Under the pieces are notes generated by a model. It was given only the letters and a program-made list of their open reading frames with translations. It was not told the origin of the DNA and searched no databases. Of a DNA stretch of 64,000 nt, positions 52,801-61,672 are shown piece by piece. The first letter of the stretch is position 1, and every line of letters starts with the position of its first letter. The stretch is from NCBI GenBank assembly GCA_965217585.1, contig OZ244561.1:7136001-7200000 (forward strand), in the 5' to 3' direction. The position numbers were made by a program, and so were the translations under genes. This stretch comes from Candidatus Latescibacterota bacterium. Lineage in GTDB: Bacteria > Latescibacterota > UBA2968 > UBA8231.

Positions 52801-55800
52801 GCATGGGGGAGCGGGTGAAGACCGCCACCCAGACGATCACGGTGACGGTGACCGACGTGAGCGGCGAGGCGCCGGGCAAGCCGGACGCGCCGACGGTGGC
52901 GCCGGCGTCGGTGTCGAGGCTGACGGTGAACTGGTCGGCGCCATCGAACGCGGGCCCGGCGATCACCGACTACGACGTGCAGTACCGGGAAGGCACCAGC
53001 GGCAACTGGAGCGACGGGGGCCACGCCGGCACCGCCACCACGGCGACGCTGACGGGCCTGTCGGAGAACACGTCCTACCAGGTGCAGGTGCGGGCGACCA
53101 ACGACGAGGGCATCGGCGCGTGGTCGGACGCGGGCAGCGGCAAGACGGACGCCAACGCGGCGCCGGCGTTCAGCTCTGATGATGCGTTCGACGCGGCGGA
53201 AAACCAGACCGCGGCGGGCGAGGTGGTGGCGGCGGACTCCGATTCGGACGACGACATCACCGGCTACGCGATCACCGGCGGCGCGGACCGGGATTTCTTC
53301 TCGATCGGGGCGATGTCGGGGGCGCTGACGTTCGACGCGGCGCCGAACTTCGAGGACGCGAAGGACATTGTGAGTGTCGATCCGGCCAATGCCGCCGGCA
53401 ACAACCAATACGTGGTGGTAGTGACGGCGACCAGCGGCACGGGCGAGCGGGAGAAGACGGTGACGCAGACGATCACGGTGACGGTCACCGACGTGAGCGG
53501 CGAGGCGCCGGGCAAGCCGGACGCGCCGACGGTGGCGCCGGCGTCGGTGTCGAGGCTGACGGTGAACTGGTCGGCGCCATCGAACGCGGGTCCGGCGATC
53601 ACCGACTACGACGTGCAGTACCGGGCGGGCACGAGCGGCGACTGGAGCGACGGGGGCCACACCGGCACCGCCACCACGGCGACGCTGACGGGCCTTGCGG
53701 AGAACACGTCCTACCAGGTGCAGGTGCGGGCCACCAACGACGAGGGCATCGGCGCGTGGTCGGACGCGGGCAGCGGCACCACGGACGCCAACGCGGCGCC
53801 GACGTTCAGCTCCGATGCGGCGTTCGACGCGGCGGAAAACCAGACCTCGGTCGGCACGGTCCAGGCTTCGGACAGCGACACGGAAGACGACATCGAGGGC
53901 TACGCGATCACCGGCGGGGCGGACCGGGATTTCTTCTCGATCGGGACGACGTCGGGGGCACTGACGTTCGACGCGGTACCGAACTTCGAGGACGCCAAGG
54001 ACATTGTGAGTGTCGATCCGGCCAATGCCGCCGGCAACAACCAATACGTGGTGGTAGTGACGGCGACCAGCGGCGCGGGGGAGCGGGAGAAGACGGCGAC
54101 CCAGACGATCACGGTGACGGTCACCGACGTGGCCGGGGAGGCGCCGGGCAAGCCGGCCGCGCCGACGGTGACGACCGCGTCGGTGTCGAGCCTTTCGGTG
54201 AACTGGTCGGCACCGGCCAACGCGGGCCCGGCCATCACCGACTACGACGTGCAGTACCGGGCAGGCACCAGCGGGGACTGGAGCGACGGCAACCACGTTG
54301 GCACCGCCCTCACGGCGACGCTCACGGGCCTTGCGGAGAACACGTCGTATCAGGTGCAGGTGCGGGCGACCAACGACGAGGGCACCGGCGCGTGGTCGGA
54401 CGCGGGCAGCGGCAAGACCGACGCCAACGCGGCGCCGGCGTTCACCTCTTCGGCGACGTTCGACGCGGCGGAGAACCAGACTTCGGCGGGCGAGGTGGTG
54501 GCGACGGACTCCGATGCGGACGACGACATCACCGGCTACGCGATCACCGGCGGCGCGGACATGGATTTCTTCTCGATCGGGGCGACGTCGGGGGCGCTGA
54601 CGTTCGACGCGGCACCGAACTACGAGGACGCCAAGGACGATGGCACCAACAACACCTACGTGGTCGAGGTGACGGCGACCAGCGGCGCGGGGGAGCGGGT
54701 GAAGACCGCCACCCAAACGATCACGGTGACGGTGACCGACGTGAGCGGCGAGGCACCGGGCAAGCCGGCCGCGCCGACGGTGGCGCCGGCGTCGGTGTCG
54801 AGGCTGACGGTGAACTGGTCGGTGCCGGCCAACGCGGGCCCGGCGATCACCGACTACGACTACCGCCACCGGACGACCTCGCCGCAGGGCACGTGGACGG
54901 AGGTGACCGGCACGACGATCACGACGCTGTCGGCGACGATCGGGAGCTTGGCGGAGGACACGTCCTACGACGTGCAGGTGCGGGCGACCAACGACGAGGG
55001 CACCGGCGCGTGGTCGGACTCGGGCAGCGGCACGACCGACGCCAACGCGGCCCCGTCGTTCAGTTCCGATGCGGCGTTCGACGCGGCGGAAAACCAGACG
55101 GCGGCGGGCACGGTGGTGGCGACGGACTCCGATTCGGACGACGACATCGAGGGCTACGCGATCACCGGCGGCGCAGACCGGGACCTGTTCGAGATCGGGG
55201 CGACGGACGGCGCCCTGACGTTCAAGTCGGCGCCGAACTTCGAGGACGCCCAGGACCAGGGCACCGACAACACCTACGTGGTCGAGGTGACGGCGACCAG
55301 CGGCGAGGGGGAGCGGGAGAAGACGGCGACGCAGACGATCACGGTGACGGTCACCGACGTGAACACGGAGGCGCCGGGCAAGCCGGGCGCGCCGACGGTG
55401 GCACCGGCGTCGGTGACGAGCCTTTCGGTGAACTGGTCGGCGCCGGCCAACGCGGGCCCGGCCATCACCGACTACGACGTGCAGTACCGGGCAGGCACCA
55501 GCGGCGACTGGAGCGACGGGGGCCACAACGGCACGGCCACCACGGCGACGCTGACGGGGCTGTCGGAGAACACGTCCTATCAGGTGCAGGTGCGGGCGAC
55601 CAACGACGAGGGCACCGGCGACTGGTCGGACGCGGGAACCGGCTCGACGGACGCCAACGCGGCCCCGTCGTTCACCTCATCGGCGACGTTCAACGCGGCG
55701 GAGAACCAGACCTCGGCCGGCACGGTGACGGCGACCGACAGCGATTTGGAAGACGGCATCGAGGACTACGCGATCACCGGCGGGGCAGACCGGAGTTTCT

Positions 55801-58745
55801 TTTCGATCGGGGCGACGTCCGGGGCACTGACGTTCGACGCGGCACCGAACTACGAGGACGCGCAGGACCAGGACACCAACAACCAGTACGTGGTGACGGT
55901 CGAGGCGACCAGCGGCACGGGGGAGCGGGTGAAGACGGCGACGCAGACGATCACGGTGACGGTGACCGACGTGGCCGGGGAGGCGCCGGGCAAGCCGGAC
56001 GCGCCGGACGTGTCGGCGGCGTCGGTGACGAGCCTGACGGTGACGTGGTCGGCGCCGGCCAACGCCGGTCCGGCCATCACCGACTACGACGTGCAGTACC
56101 GGGAAGGCACCAGCGGGAGCTGGAGCGACGGCAACCACGCCGGCACCGCCACCACGGCGACGCTCACGGGCCTGTCGGAGAACACGTCGTATCAGGTGCA
56201 GGTGCGGGCGACCAACGACGAGGGCACCGGCGCCTGGTCGGACTCGGGCAGCGGCAAGACGGACGCCAACGCGGCGCCGACGTTCTCGTCGAATACGACG
56301 TTCAACGCGGCGGAAAACCAGACCTCGGTCGGTACGGTGAGGGCGACGGACTCCGATTCGGATGATGACATCACCGGCTACGCGATCACCGGCGGCGTGG
56401 ACCAGAATCTCTTCTCGATCGTGGCGGCGTCCGGGGCGCTGACGTTCGACGCGGCACCGAACTACGAGGACGCGAAGGACGATGGCACCAACAACACCTA
56501 CGTGGTCGAGGTGACGGCGACCAGCGGCGAGGGGGAGCGGGTGAAGACGGCGACGCAGACGATCACGGTGACGGTCACCGACGTGAACACGGAGGCGCCG
56601 GGCAAGCCGGGCGCGCCGACGGTGGCACCGGCGTCGGTGACGAGCCTTTCGGTGAACTGGTCGGTGCCGTCCAACGCGGGTCCGGCCATCACCGACTACG
56701 ACGTGCAGTACCGGGCGGGCAACAGCGGCGACTGGAGCGACGGCAACCACGCCGGCACGGCCACCACGGCGACGCTGACGGGGCTGTCGGAGAACACGTC
56801 CTATCAGGTGCAGGTGCGGGCCACCAACGACGAGGGCACCGGCGACTGGTCGGACGCGGGAACCGGCTCGACGGACGCCAACGCGGCCCCGTCGTTCACC
56901 TCATCGGCGACGTTCAACGCGGCGGAGAACCAGACCTCGGCCGGCACGGTGACGGCGACCGACAGCGATTTGGAAGACGGCATCGAGGACTACGCGATCA
57001 CCGGCGGGGCAGACCGGAGTTTCTTTTCGATCGGGGCGACGTCCGGGGCACTGACGTTCGACGCGGCACCGAACTACGAGGACGCGCAGGACCAGGACAC
57101 CGACAACGACTACGTGGTGACGGTGCAGGCGACCAGCGGCACGGGGGAGCGGGTAAAGACGGTGACGCAGACGATCACGGTAACGGTGACGGATGTGGGC
57201 GGCGAAGCGCCGGGCAAGCCGGACGCGCCGGACGTGTCGGCGGCGTCGGTGTCGAGCCTGACGGTGAGCTGGTCGGTGCCGTCGAACGCGGGCCCGGCGA
57301 TCACCGACTACGACGTGCAATACCGGGAAGGCACCAGCGGGAGCTGGAGCGACGGGGGCCACGACGGCGCCGCCACCACGGCGACGCTCACGGGCCTTGC
57401 GGAGAACACGTCGTACCAGGTGCAGGTGCAGGCGACCAACGACGAGGGCACGGGCTCGTGGTCGGACTCGGGCAGCGGCACGACGGACGCCAACGCGGCG
57501 CCGACGTTCTCGTCGAATACGACGTTCAACGCGGCGGAAAACCAGACCTCGGTCGGTACGGTGAGGGCGACGGACTCCGATTCGGATGATGACATCACCG
57601 GCTACGCGATCACCGGCGGCGCGGACCAGAATCTCTTCTCGATCGGGGCGGCGTCCGGGGCGTTGACCTTCAAGACGGCGCCGAACTACGAGGACGCCAG
57701 GGACCAGGGGACCAACAACACCTACGTGGTCGAGGTGACGGCGACCAGCGGCACGGGGGAGCGGGAGAAGACGGTGACGCAGACGATCACGGTGACGGTG
57801 ACCAACGAGGTCGGCGAAGCGCCGGGCAAGCCGGCCGCGCCGACGGTGACGGCCGCGTCGGTGTCGAGCCTGACGGTGACGTGGGCGGCACCGGCCAACG
57901 CCGGTCCGGCCATCACCGACTACGACTATCGCTACCGGACGACCTCGCCGCAGGGCACGTGGACGGAGGTGACCGGCACGACGATCACGACGCTGTCGGC
58001 GACGATCGGGAGCCTTTCGGAGAGCACGTCCTACGACGTGCAGGTGCGGGCGACCAACGACGAGGGCACCGGCGCGTGGTCGGACGCGGGCAGCTCGGCA
58101 ACCATCAACCAGCCTAGCGTGATCAGGGCCTACTGGACCGATTCCAAAACTAAAGGCAGCAACGAACAGCAGGAATGCGCCAGCACCGAGCCTTTCCGCG
58201 CCTTCTGGAATCCGCCGAAAAGCAACGGCAGCTTCAAGGAAGCCGTCGAGTGGGAGGCCGAGATTACGCCCGATAACGGCGCCAGCAACGTCAGCTTCAC
58301 CATACAGGACACTGGCGGGGATCCTAAGAAACCCGAACTGACCGGAACCGTCCAGATCAACGGCTTCAGCACGGTGAGCATCCGGGTCCGCGGGCGTTTC
58401 GGCGACGACGGATGGGGCACTTGGTCGCCGACTACAGAGTTGTTTTGCATGACCTCGGCGGCCAAGAAGCCGCTGGGTCTGGCACCCAATGTGCCCAACC
58501 CTTTCAACCCCAGCACCGTCATCTCCTATCGTCTGGCCACGCCCGGCGCAGTGCGCCTGGAAATCTACAACCTCCTCGGGCAGCCCGTGCGCACGCTGGT
58601 GGACCAGGTGCAGGCCGCCGGGGCCTACTGGGTGCGCTGGGACGCCCGCGACGGCCGCGGCGCGGCGGTGGCCGCGGGGGTGTACCTGGTGCGCCTACAC
58701 TATCCGGGTGGGGTGCAGACTCAGCGCCTGCTCTACCTCAAGTAG
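46806..58745 (+). CDS. Giant secreted adhesin: FN3 + ~10 LRRs + 15 FN3-cadherin modules + FN3 + FlgD-Ig/T9SS-like C-terminus
   Basis: 24-aa LxxLPAGVFSGLxxLxxLxLxxN repeats; ~204-212-aa modules (W..Y..YQVQVRA FN3; AEN, DxD, PNYED cadherin motifs); PNPFNPST C-terminal motif. True start uncertain. Confidence 0.9.
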   Translation: MIGQRLVPWPHVASRPKLWTTINLHKSLINNVLPPPRILGSRGRARVGPVIPSNKAVRPARLPRLLALSAAAAVLLVLSAALPATALPPRPTGFAVSNGNGQVTLTWDAPAEDADIWHHEYRFKTTGDYNEWTKIDDSGVGKIHEDWVVVTGLTNDVAYTFQLRIVNIDGNGNGATAGPATPRSGVCGRTEQVRDAIVAGTADLRVSDCADVTRADLAGVMSLDFASVVIKSLQPGDFSGLTALKDLTLSGNELTSLPAGVFSDLTALKDLTLSDNELSSLPVGAFSGLTALTDLNLDLNELTSLPAGVFSGLTTLKDLRLVSNKLSSLPAGVFSGLTALTDLSLFRNKLTSLPAGVFSDLTALTFLNLESNELTSLPAGVFSGLTVLRALRLRYNKLSSLPAGVFSRLTALTDLRLSSNEFTSLPAGVFSGLTALTNLSLIGTKLSSLPAGVFSGLTALTSLYLRENTVDPLPLTVTLERNPDAVEIRAVVLTAAPFAVPLVVSVANGSLAGGAATITVPIGARESAWVGVTRTPGTAGAVTADIDLTPQPILPDKHDGYEFVKSASDLPLTVLDVPGAPAAPSVSAASSSSLTVMWSAPDDGGSAITDYDVQYRAGTSGDWSDGGHTGTATTATLTGLSASTSYQVQVRATNADGTGSWSDSGSGRTEDANAVPTFMSPPAFDAAENQTVAGTVAATDRDEEDSIEGYAITGGADRSFFSIDATSGELTFDAAPNYEDAKDLVSVDPANAAGNNQYVVVVTATSGAGTREKTATQTITVRVTDVDTEAPGKPGAPTVTPASVSKLTVNWSAPANAGPAITDYDVRYRAGNSGGWTDGNHSGAAVTATLMGLSENTSYQVQVRATNAEGTGAWSNAGSGTTDANAVPTFTSSATFDAAENQTSAGEVVATDSDTGDDITGYAITGGADRDFFSIGATSGALTFDAAPNYEDAKDQGSNNTYVVEVTATSGAGEREKTATQTITVRVTDVDTEAPGKPDAPDVEASSVSRLTVSWSAPSNAGPAITDYDVQYRAGNSGGWSDGNHDGTATTATLTGLSEDTSYQVQVRATNDEGTGAWSNAGSGTTDANAAPAFSSDDAFDAAENQTVAGTVLATDSDAGDSITGYAITGGADEAFFSIGATSGALTFNSAPNYEDAKDDGTNNDYVVEVQATSGMGEREKTATQTITVTVTDVGGEAPGKPAAPTVAPASVSRLTVNWSAPTNAGPAITDYDVQYRAGNSGDWSDGGHNGTATTATLTGLSENTSYQVQVRATNDEGTGAWSNAGSGTTDANAVPTFTSSATFDAAENQTSAGEVVATDSDADDDITGYAITGGADRAFFSIVPATGALTFDAAPNYEDAKDDGTNNTYVVEVTATSGMGERVKTATQTITVTVTDVSGEAPGKPDAPTVAPASVSRLTVNWSAPSNAGPAITDYDVQYRAGTSGDWSDAGHTDTATTATLTGLAENTSYQVQVRATNDEGIGAWSDAGSGKTDANAAPTFSSDAAFDAAENQTSVGTVQASDSDTEDDIEGYAITGGADRDFFSIGATSGELTFDAVPNFEDAKDIVSVDPANAAGNNQYVVVVTATSGAGEREKTTTQTITVTVTDVAGEAPGKPAAPTVTPASVSSLSVNWSAPANAGPAITDYDVQYREGTSGGWSDGGHAGTAITATLTGLAENTSYQVQVRATNDEGTGAWSEAGSGTTDANAAPTFSSDAAFDAAENQTSAGEVVATDSDAGDDITGYAITGGADMDFFSIEATDGALTFNSAPNYEDAKDQGSNNTYVVEVTATSGMGERVKTAEQTITVTVTDVSGEAPGKPGAPTVTTASVSSLTVNWSAPSNAGPAITDYDVQYREGTSGDWSDGNHAGTATTATLTGLAENTSYQVQVRAKNDEGTGAWSDAGSGKTDANAAPTFTSSAEFDAAENQTSAGEVVATDSDADDDITGYAITGGADMDFFSIGTTSGALTFDAVPNYEDAKDDGTNNTYVVEVTATSGMGERVKTATQTITVTVTDVSGEAPGKPDAPTVAPASVSRLTVNWSAPSNAGPAITDYDVQYREGTSGNWSDGGHAGTATTATLTGLSENTSYQVQVRATNDEGIGAWSDAGSGKTDANAAPAFSSDDAFDAAENQTAAGEVVAADSDSDDDITGYAITGGADRDFFSIGAMSGALTFDAAPNFEDAKDIVSVDPANAAGNNQYVVVVTATSGTGEREKTVTQTITVTVTDVSGEAPGKPDAPTVAPASVSRLTVNWSAPSNAGPAITDYDVQYRAGTSGDWSDGGHTGTATTATLTGLAENTSYQVQVRATNDEGIGAWSDAGSGTTDANAAPTFSSDAAFDAAENQTSVGTVQASDSDTEDDIEGYAITGGADRDFFSIGTTSGALTFDAVPNFEDAKDIVSVDPANAAGNNQYVVVVTATSGAGEREKTATQTITVTVTDVAGEAPGKPAAPTVTTASVSSLSVNWSAPANAGPAITDYDVQYRAGTSGDWSDGNHVGTALTATLTGLAENTSYQVQVRATNDEGTGAWSDAGSGKTDANAAPAFTSSATFDAAENQTSAGEVVATDSDADDDITGYAITGGADMDFFSIGATSGALTFDAAPNYEDAKDDGTNNTYVVEVTATSGAGERVKTATQTITVTVTDVSGEAPGKPAAPTVAPASVSRLTVNWSVPANAGPAITDYDYRHRTTSPQGTWTEVTGTTITTLSATIGSLAEDTSYDVQVRATNDEGTGAWSDSGSGTTDANAAPSFSSDAAFDAAENQTAAGTVVATDSDSDDDIEGYAITGGADRDLFEIGATDGALTFKSAPNFEDAQDQGTDNTYVVEVTATSGEGEREKTATQTITVTVTDVNTEAPGKPGAPTVAPASVTSLSVNWSAPANAGPAITDYDVQYRAGTSGDWSDGGHNGTATTATLTGLSENTSYQVQVRATNDEGTGDWSDAGTGSTDANAAPSFTSSATFNAAENQTSAGTVTATDSDLEDGIEDYAITGGADRSFFSIGATSGALTFDAAPNYEDAQDQDTNNQYVVTVEATSGTGERVKTATQTITVTVTDVAGEAPGKPDAPDVSAASVTSLTVTWSAPANAGPAITDYDVQYREGTSGSWSDGNHAGTATTATLTGLSENTSYQVQVRATNDEGTGAWSDSGSGKTDANAAPTFSSNTTFNAAENQTSVGTVRATDSDSDDDITGYAITGGVDQNLFSIVAASGALTFDAAPNYEDAKDDGTNNTYVVEVTATSGEGERVKTATQTITVTVTDVNTEAPGKPGAPTVAPASVTSLSVNWSVPSNAGPAITDYDVQYRAGNSGDWSDGNHAGTATTATLTGLSENTSYQVQVRATNDEGTGDWSDAGTGSTDANAAPSFTSSATFNAAENQTSAGTVTATDSDLEDGIEDYAITGGADRSFFSIGATSGALTFDAAPNYEDAQDQDTDNDYVVTVQATSGTGERVKTVTQTITVTVTDVGGEAPGKPDAPDVSAASVSSLTVSWSVPSNAGPAITDYDVQYREGTSGSWSDGGHDGAATTATLTGLAENTSYQVQVQATNDEGTGSWSDSGSGTTDANAAPTFSSNTTFNAAENQTSVGTVRATDSDSDDDITGYAITGGADQNLFSIGAASGALTFKTAPNYEDARDQGTNNTYVVEVTATSGTGEREKTVTQTITVTVTNEVGEAPGKPAAPTVTAASVSSLTVTWAAPANAGPAITDYDYRYRTTSPQGTWTEVTGTTITTLSATIGSLSESTSYDVQVRATNDEGTGAWSDAGSSATINQPSVIRAYWTDSKTKGSNEQQECASTEPFRAFWNPPKSNGSFKEAVEWEAEITPDNGASNVSFTIQDTGGDPKKPELTGTVQINGFSTVSIRVRGRFGDDGWGTWSPTTELFCMTSAAKKPLGLAPNVPNPFNPSTVISYRLATPGAVRLEIYNLLGQPVRTLVDQVQAAGAYWVRWDARDGRGAAVAAGVYLVRLHYPGGVQTQRLLYLK

Positions 58746-58768
58746 GGGCGACCGGCCGGTCGCCCCTA
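58742..58768. repeat. REP-like palindrome overlapping the adhesin stop codon
   Basis: Identical to 27 nt of the palindrome at 16883-16910. Confidence 0.8.
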
Positions 58769-58785
58769 TTCCATTCTTCGACCTC

Positions 58786-58827
58786 TGCAAAGCGCCCGAT
58801 GGCTCCTCGGCATCGGGCGCTTTTGCA
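58786..58827 (+). terminator. Probable intrinsic terminator hairpin
   Basis: AAAGCGCCCGATG..CATCGGGCGCTTTT stem after the adhesin gene. Confidence 0.6.
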
Positions 58828-58892
58828 TGGGCCGCAAGCGCAGCGGAGTCGAAGCATCTTTTGGCGGCCAGCGTATAGCCCATGGGCAGGAC

Positions 58893-58929
58893 GCTGCGTA
58901 ACGTCAGTAACTAACTGACGTTACGCAGC
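58893..58929. repeat. Palindrome GCTGCGTAACGTCAGT-AACTA-ACTGACGTTACGCAGC
   Basis: 16-bp arms; same core as 41075-41122. Confidence 0.85.
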
Positions 58930-59070
58930 TTTTGTCCCCAACTTCCCATTCCTGTATCCTTTCCGCTACACTCCAGCGCCTCATCTCCCCGTCCTCCCCC
59001 TGAACCGCCGCCGTGGCACGATTCTTGCCCGTTGCGGGTACTACCTCACCTGCAACCCAAGGCATAGCTC

Positions 59071-59958
59071 ATGGCCGAATTTGACACCATCGCCAAACAT
59101 CTCATCCACACCTACCCCGCCGACTTCGCCCGCTTCGCCCTCCACCAAGACGACGTAGAGGTGATCGACGTCATCGACACCGAGCAACCCACCGTCGAAG
59201 CCCACCGCACCGACAGCCTCATTCGCGTACAAGTCGGCGGCGAGGAGGTATTGGTCCATCACGAGTTTCAAACCACCGATAGTAGCCCACCCATGCCGCA
59301 GCGCATGGCCGGCTATATCGGGCGCGGCATTGAGCAGCACGGCCTGCCGATCTATTCCAACGTCATCTATTTGCGTCCCGACGCCGGCCGCACTGACCCG
59401 GGGCACTATCTCCAAGAGCGGCACGGCTACCGCGTCCTAGTGCAATACCAAGTGATTCGGCTGATTGACCTAGACGGCCAACGCATGCTCGACGAGGGGC
59501 ATTCAGGCTTGATCCCATTTGCGCCGTTGATGCAGCGGCCAGTGGGGGTGGATGCCGAGGCGTGGTTGCGCCAGTGTGTGAACCGGGCGCAAGAGGTGCC
59601 GATGGATGAGACCGTCAAGGCCAATTACTTGGCCGATCTTGCCATTTTGAGCGGTTTGGTGTATAGATTAGAAACGATTAGGACCATCATCTCGGAGGAG
59701 ACCATGTACGAATCGTCGGTAGTGCAGTATTTCACAGAAAAGGGCATTGAGCAAGGCATTGAGCAAGGCATTGAGCAAGGCATCCGCGAAAGCATCCAAG
59801 AAGTGTTGGAACTGCGCTTTCAGCCAGAGGCCGTGCGCCGCTTGGCCGCCCGCCTTAGGGCCATCGACGATGTGCCGCGTCTCAAGCAGTTGCACCGAGC
59901 GGCCATACAGGTACCCAGCCTTGAAGCCTTTAGGCTCCAGCTAGACGCCCACGAGTAG
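59071..59958 (+). CDS. Rpn-family PD-(D/E)xK nuclease / putative transposase
   Basis: RTDSL..HHEFQT, MPQRMAGY and C-terminal GIEQGIEQGIEQG repeats. Confidence 0.85.
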   Translation: MAEFDTIAKHLIHTYPADFARFALHQDDVEVIDVIDTEQPTVEAHRTDSLIRVQVGGEEVLVHHEFQTTDSSPPMPQRMAGYIGRGIEQHGLPIYSNVIYLRPDAGRTDPGHYLQERHGYRVLVQYQVIRLIDLDGQRMLDEGHSGLIPFAPLMQRPVGVDAEAWLRQCVNRAQEVPMDETVKANYLADLAILSGLVYRLETIRTIISEETMYESSVVQYFTEKGIEQGIEQGIEQGIRESIQEVLELRFQPEAVRRLAARLRAIDDVPRLKQLHRAAIQVPSLEAFRLQLDAHE

Positions 59959-59986
59959 GGCCGCCGCGTAACGTCAGTAACTAATG

Positions 59987-61270
59987 CTACTGGCCGATGC
60001 AGTACAGGTGCGACTCCGTCCGCAGGAAAATCCGCCCCCCGGCGATGGCCAACGACGACAGCGTATAGCCGCCGTCGAGTTCGTTGGTGGCCAGCACTTT
60101 GTACTCTGGTCCGGCCTGAATCACGGTCGTCACCGCGTTTTCGTTGACCACGTAGAGCTTGCCATCGGCCAGCACCAGCGAGGCGCTGACCGTCCCCTGG
60201 GCCGTGCGCTCCGGCCCCCACAACACCGCGCCCGTTTTGGCGTCGAGACAGGTAGCCCGCCCGCGGTCATCGACCATGTAGAAATAGCGGCCGTCGGTAA
60301 CAGCCGAGGGCACGTCTGGCGCTCCCGCCCCCGTCCACTTCCAAGCCAAGTGGCTTGCGCTAACATCGCCCGTGCCACCGGCGCGGAACGCTAGCACCGG
60401 ATTGCGGCGACTCGTCGCGTACACCATCCCAGCGACCGCGACCGGCGACCCGACCACCCGGTAGTTCCGCTCCTTGCCCGGGTTCAAGCCGCCCGCCCGC
60501 CATACCTCTTCACCGGTGGCCGGATCATGACCAGTGACGTAGTCACCGCCAGAGACGACAATTTGCGTCTGGCCGTCGTGTTCGAGCACCACGGGCGTGG
60601 TATAGGCATCCGGCGACTCGCCCGGCGCGTCGGTTGGCCGCTCCTGCCGCCACGCGACTTCGCCAGTAGCCGCATCAAAGGCAATCAGGTAGGAAGGATC
60701 GTCCGTGTTCATCCCGTGCAGCACCTCGACGAAGAGCTTGCCGTCGTGGAGCAAGGGTGACGAAGCGTAGCCCCACATCAGGCCGAGGGGTCCGTGCTCG
60801 GCCTGCAAGTCGTAGTGCCACAATTCTTCACCATCCATGTCAAAGGCCCGGATCATCCCCGTGCCCGTAACAGCCAGCACGCGCTCGCCATCCGTGACCG
60901 GCGAAGGCGAGGTGTTGTTGTGCTTGCGCCAATAGGCATTGCCCTCGGAGAGGGTGCGCTGCCACAACACACTGCCGTCCGTCGTTGACAGGCAGCCCAA
61001 AAGCAGCTTTTCGCCGCCCTGGATTTCTTCGCCCGAATTCGGCGACGTCAAAAAGACCCGCTCACCCCACACCACCGGCGTACTCCCGCTCCAAGAGGGC
61101 AGCTTCCTACTCCAAACCACATGCTCACTCGCACTCCAAGTCGTCGGCAGGTCCACAGTCTCGCTGACGCCGTTGTGGTTGGGCCCGCGCCACTGGGGCC
61201 AGTACTCCTGCTTGGCATCGGCGCGCAAAGCAGCCAAAAGCAACAGTGAGATAAGTATGAACTTTTTCAT
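59987..61270 (-). CDS. PQQ-like beta-propeller secreted protein
   Basis: MKKFILI signal peptide with GGAG RBS; WPQWRGP and YTTP motifs. Confidence 0.88.
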   Translation of the reverse strand: MKKFILISLLLLAALRADAKQEYWPQWRGPNHNGVSETVDLPTTWSASEHVVWSRKLPSWSGSTPVVWGERVFLTSPNSGEEIQGGEKLLLGCLSTTDGSVLWQRTLSEGNAYWRKHNNTSPSPVTDGERVLAVTGTGMIRAFDMDGEELWHYDLQAEHGPLGLMWGYASSPLLHDGKLFVEVLHGMNTDDPSYLIAFDAATGEVAWRQERPTDAPGESPDAYTTPVVLEHDGQTQIVVSGGDYVTGHDPATGEEVWRAGGLNPGKERNYRVVGSPVAVAGMVYATSRRNPVLAFRAGGTGDVSASHLAWKWTGAGAPDVPSAVTDGRYFYMVDDRGRATCLDAKTGAVLWGPERTAQGTVSASLVLADGKLYVVNENAVTTVIQAGPEYKVLATNELDGGYTLSSLAIAGGRIFLRTESHLYCIGQ

Positions 61271-61392
61271 GGTTTGCTCCTCTCTATTATCAGCAAAACT
61301 GCACAGCAAATCGCCAATTGACAAGTATCACTAGCGGCGATGTTGGTCTGCAAAAGTTGACGTTCCCATTTTTTTGTAGTAACATAAAATAA

Positions 61393-61650
61393 ATGGAGAT
61401 TGAATTGACCGAGAACAAGCCGTATATGGACCCCGATTTCGATGACGACCTGCCGGATCTCGCCACCCCGGAATGGCAGGCAAAGTTCGCCCGCGTCCCG
61501 GTTCAGCGAGGCCGACCGAAGGCCGCCGTGACCAAAGTCTCCACCACTATTCGGCTAGATCCCGATGTGCTAGCTGCCTTTAAAGCCGATGGCCCCGGTT
61601 GGCAGACTAGGATCAATGAAGCTCTGCGGAAGAGTGTCGGACTGGAGTAA
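61393..61650 (+). CDS. BrnA-family antitoxin (no adjacent toxin)
   Basis: RGRPK..TIRLDPDVLAAFKADGPGWQTRINEALR motif. Confidence 0.88.
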   Translation: MEIELTENKPYMDPDFDDDLPDLATPEWQAKFARVPVQRGRPKAAVTKVSTTIRLDPDVLAAFKADGPGWQTRINEALRKSVGLE

Positions 61651-61672
61651 ATCTCGCTCTACCGCGTTCAAC

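Noticed and set aside
46962-55526. 2854-aa antisense ORF and other long alternative-frame ORFs over the adhesin
   Set aside because: Shadow ORFs caused by high GC, codon bias and repeats; low-complexity Arg-rich translation.
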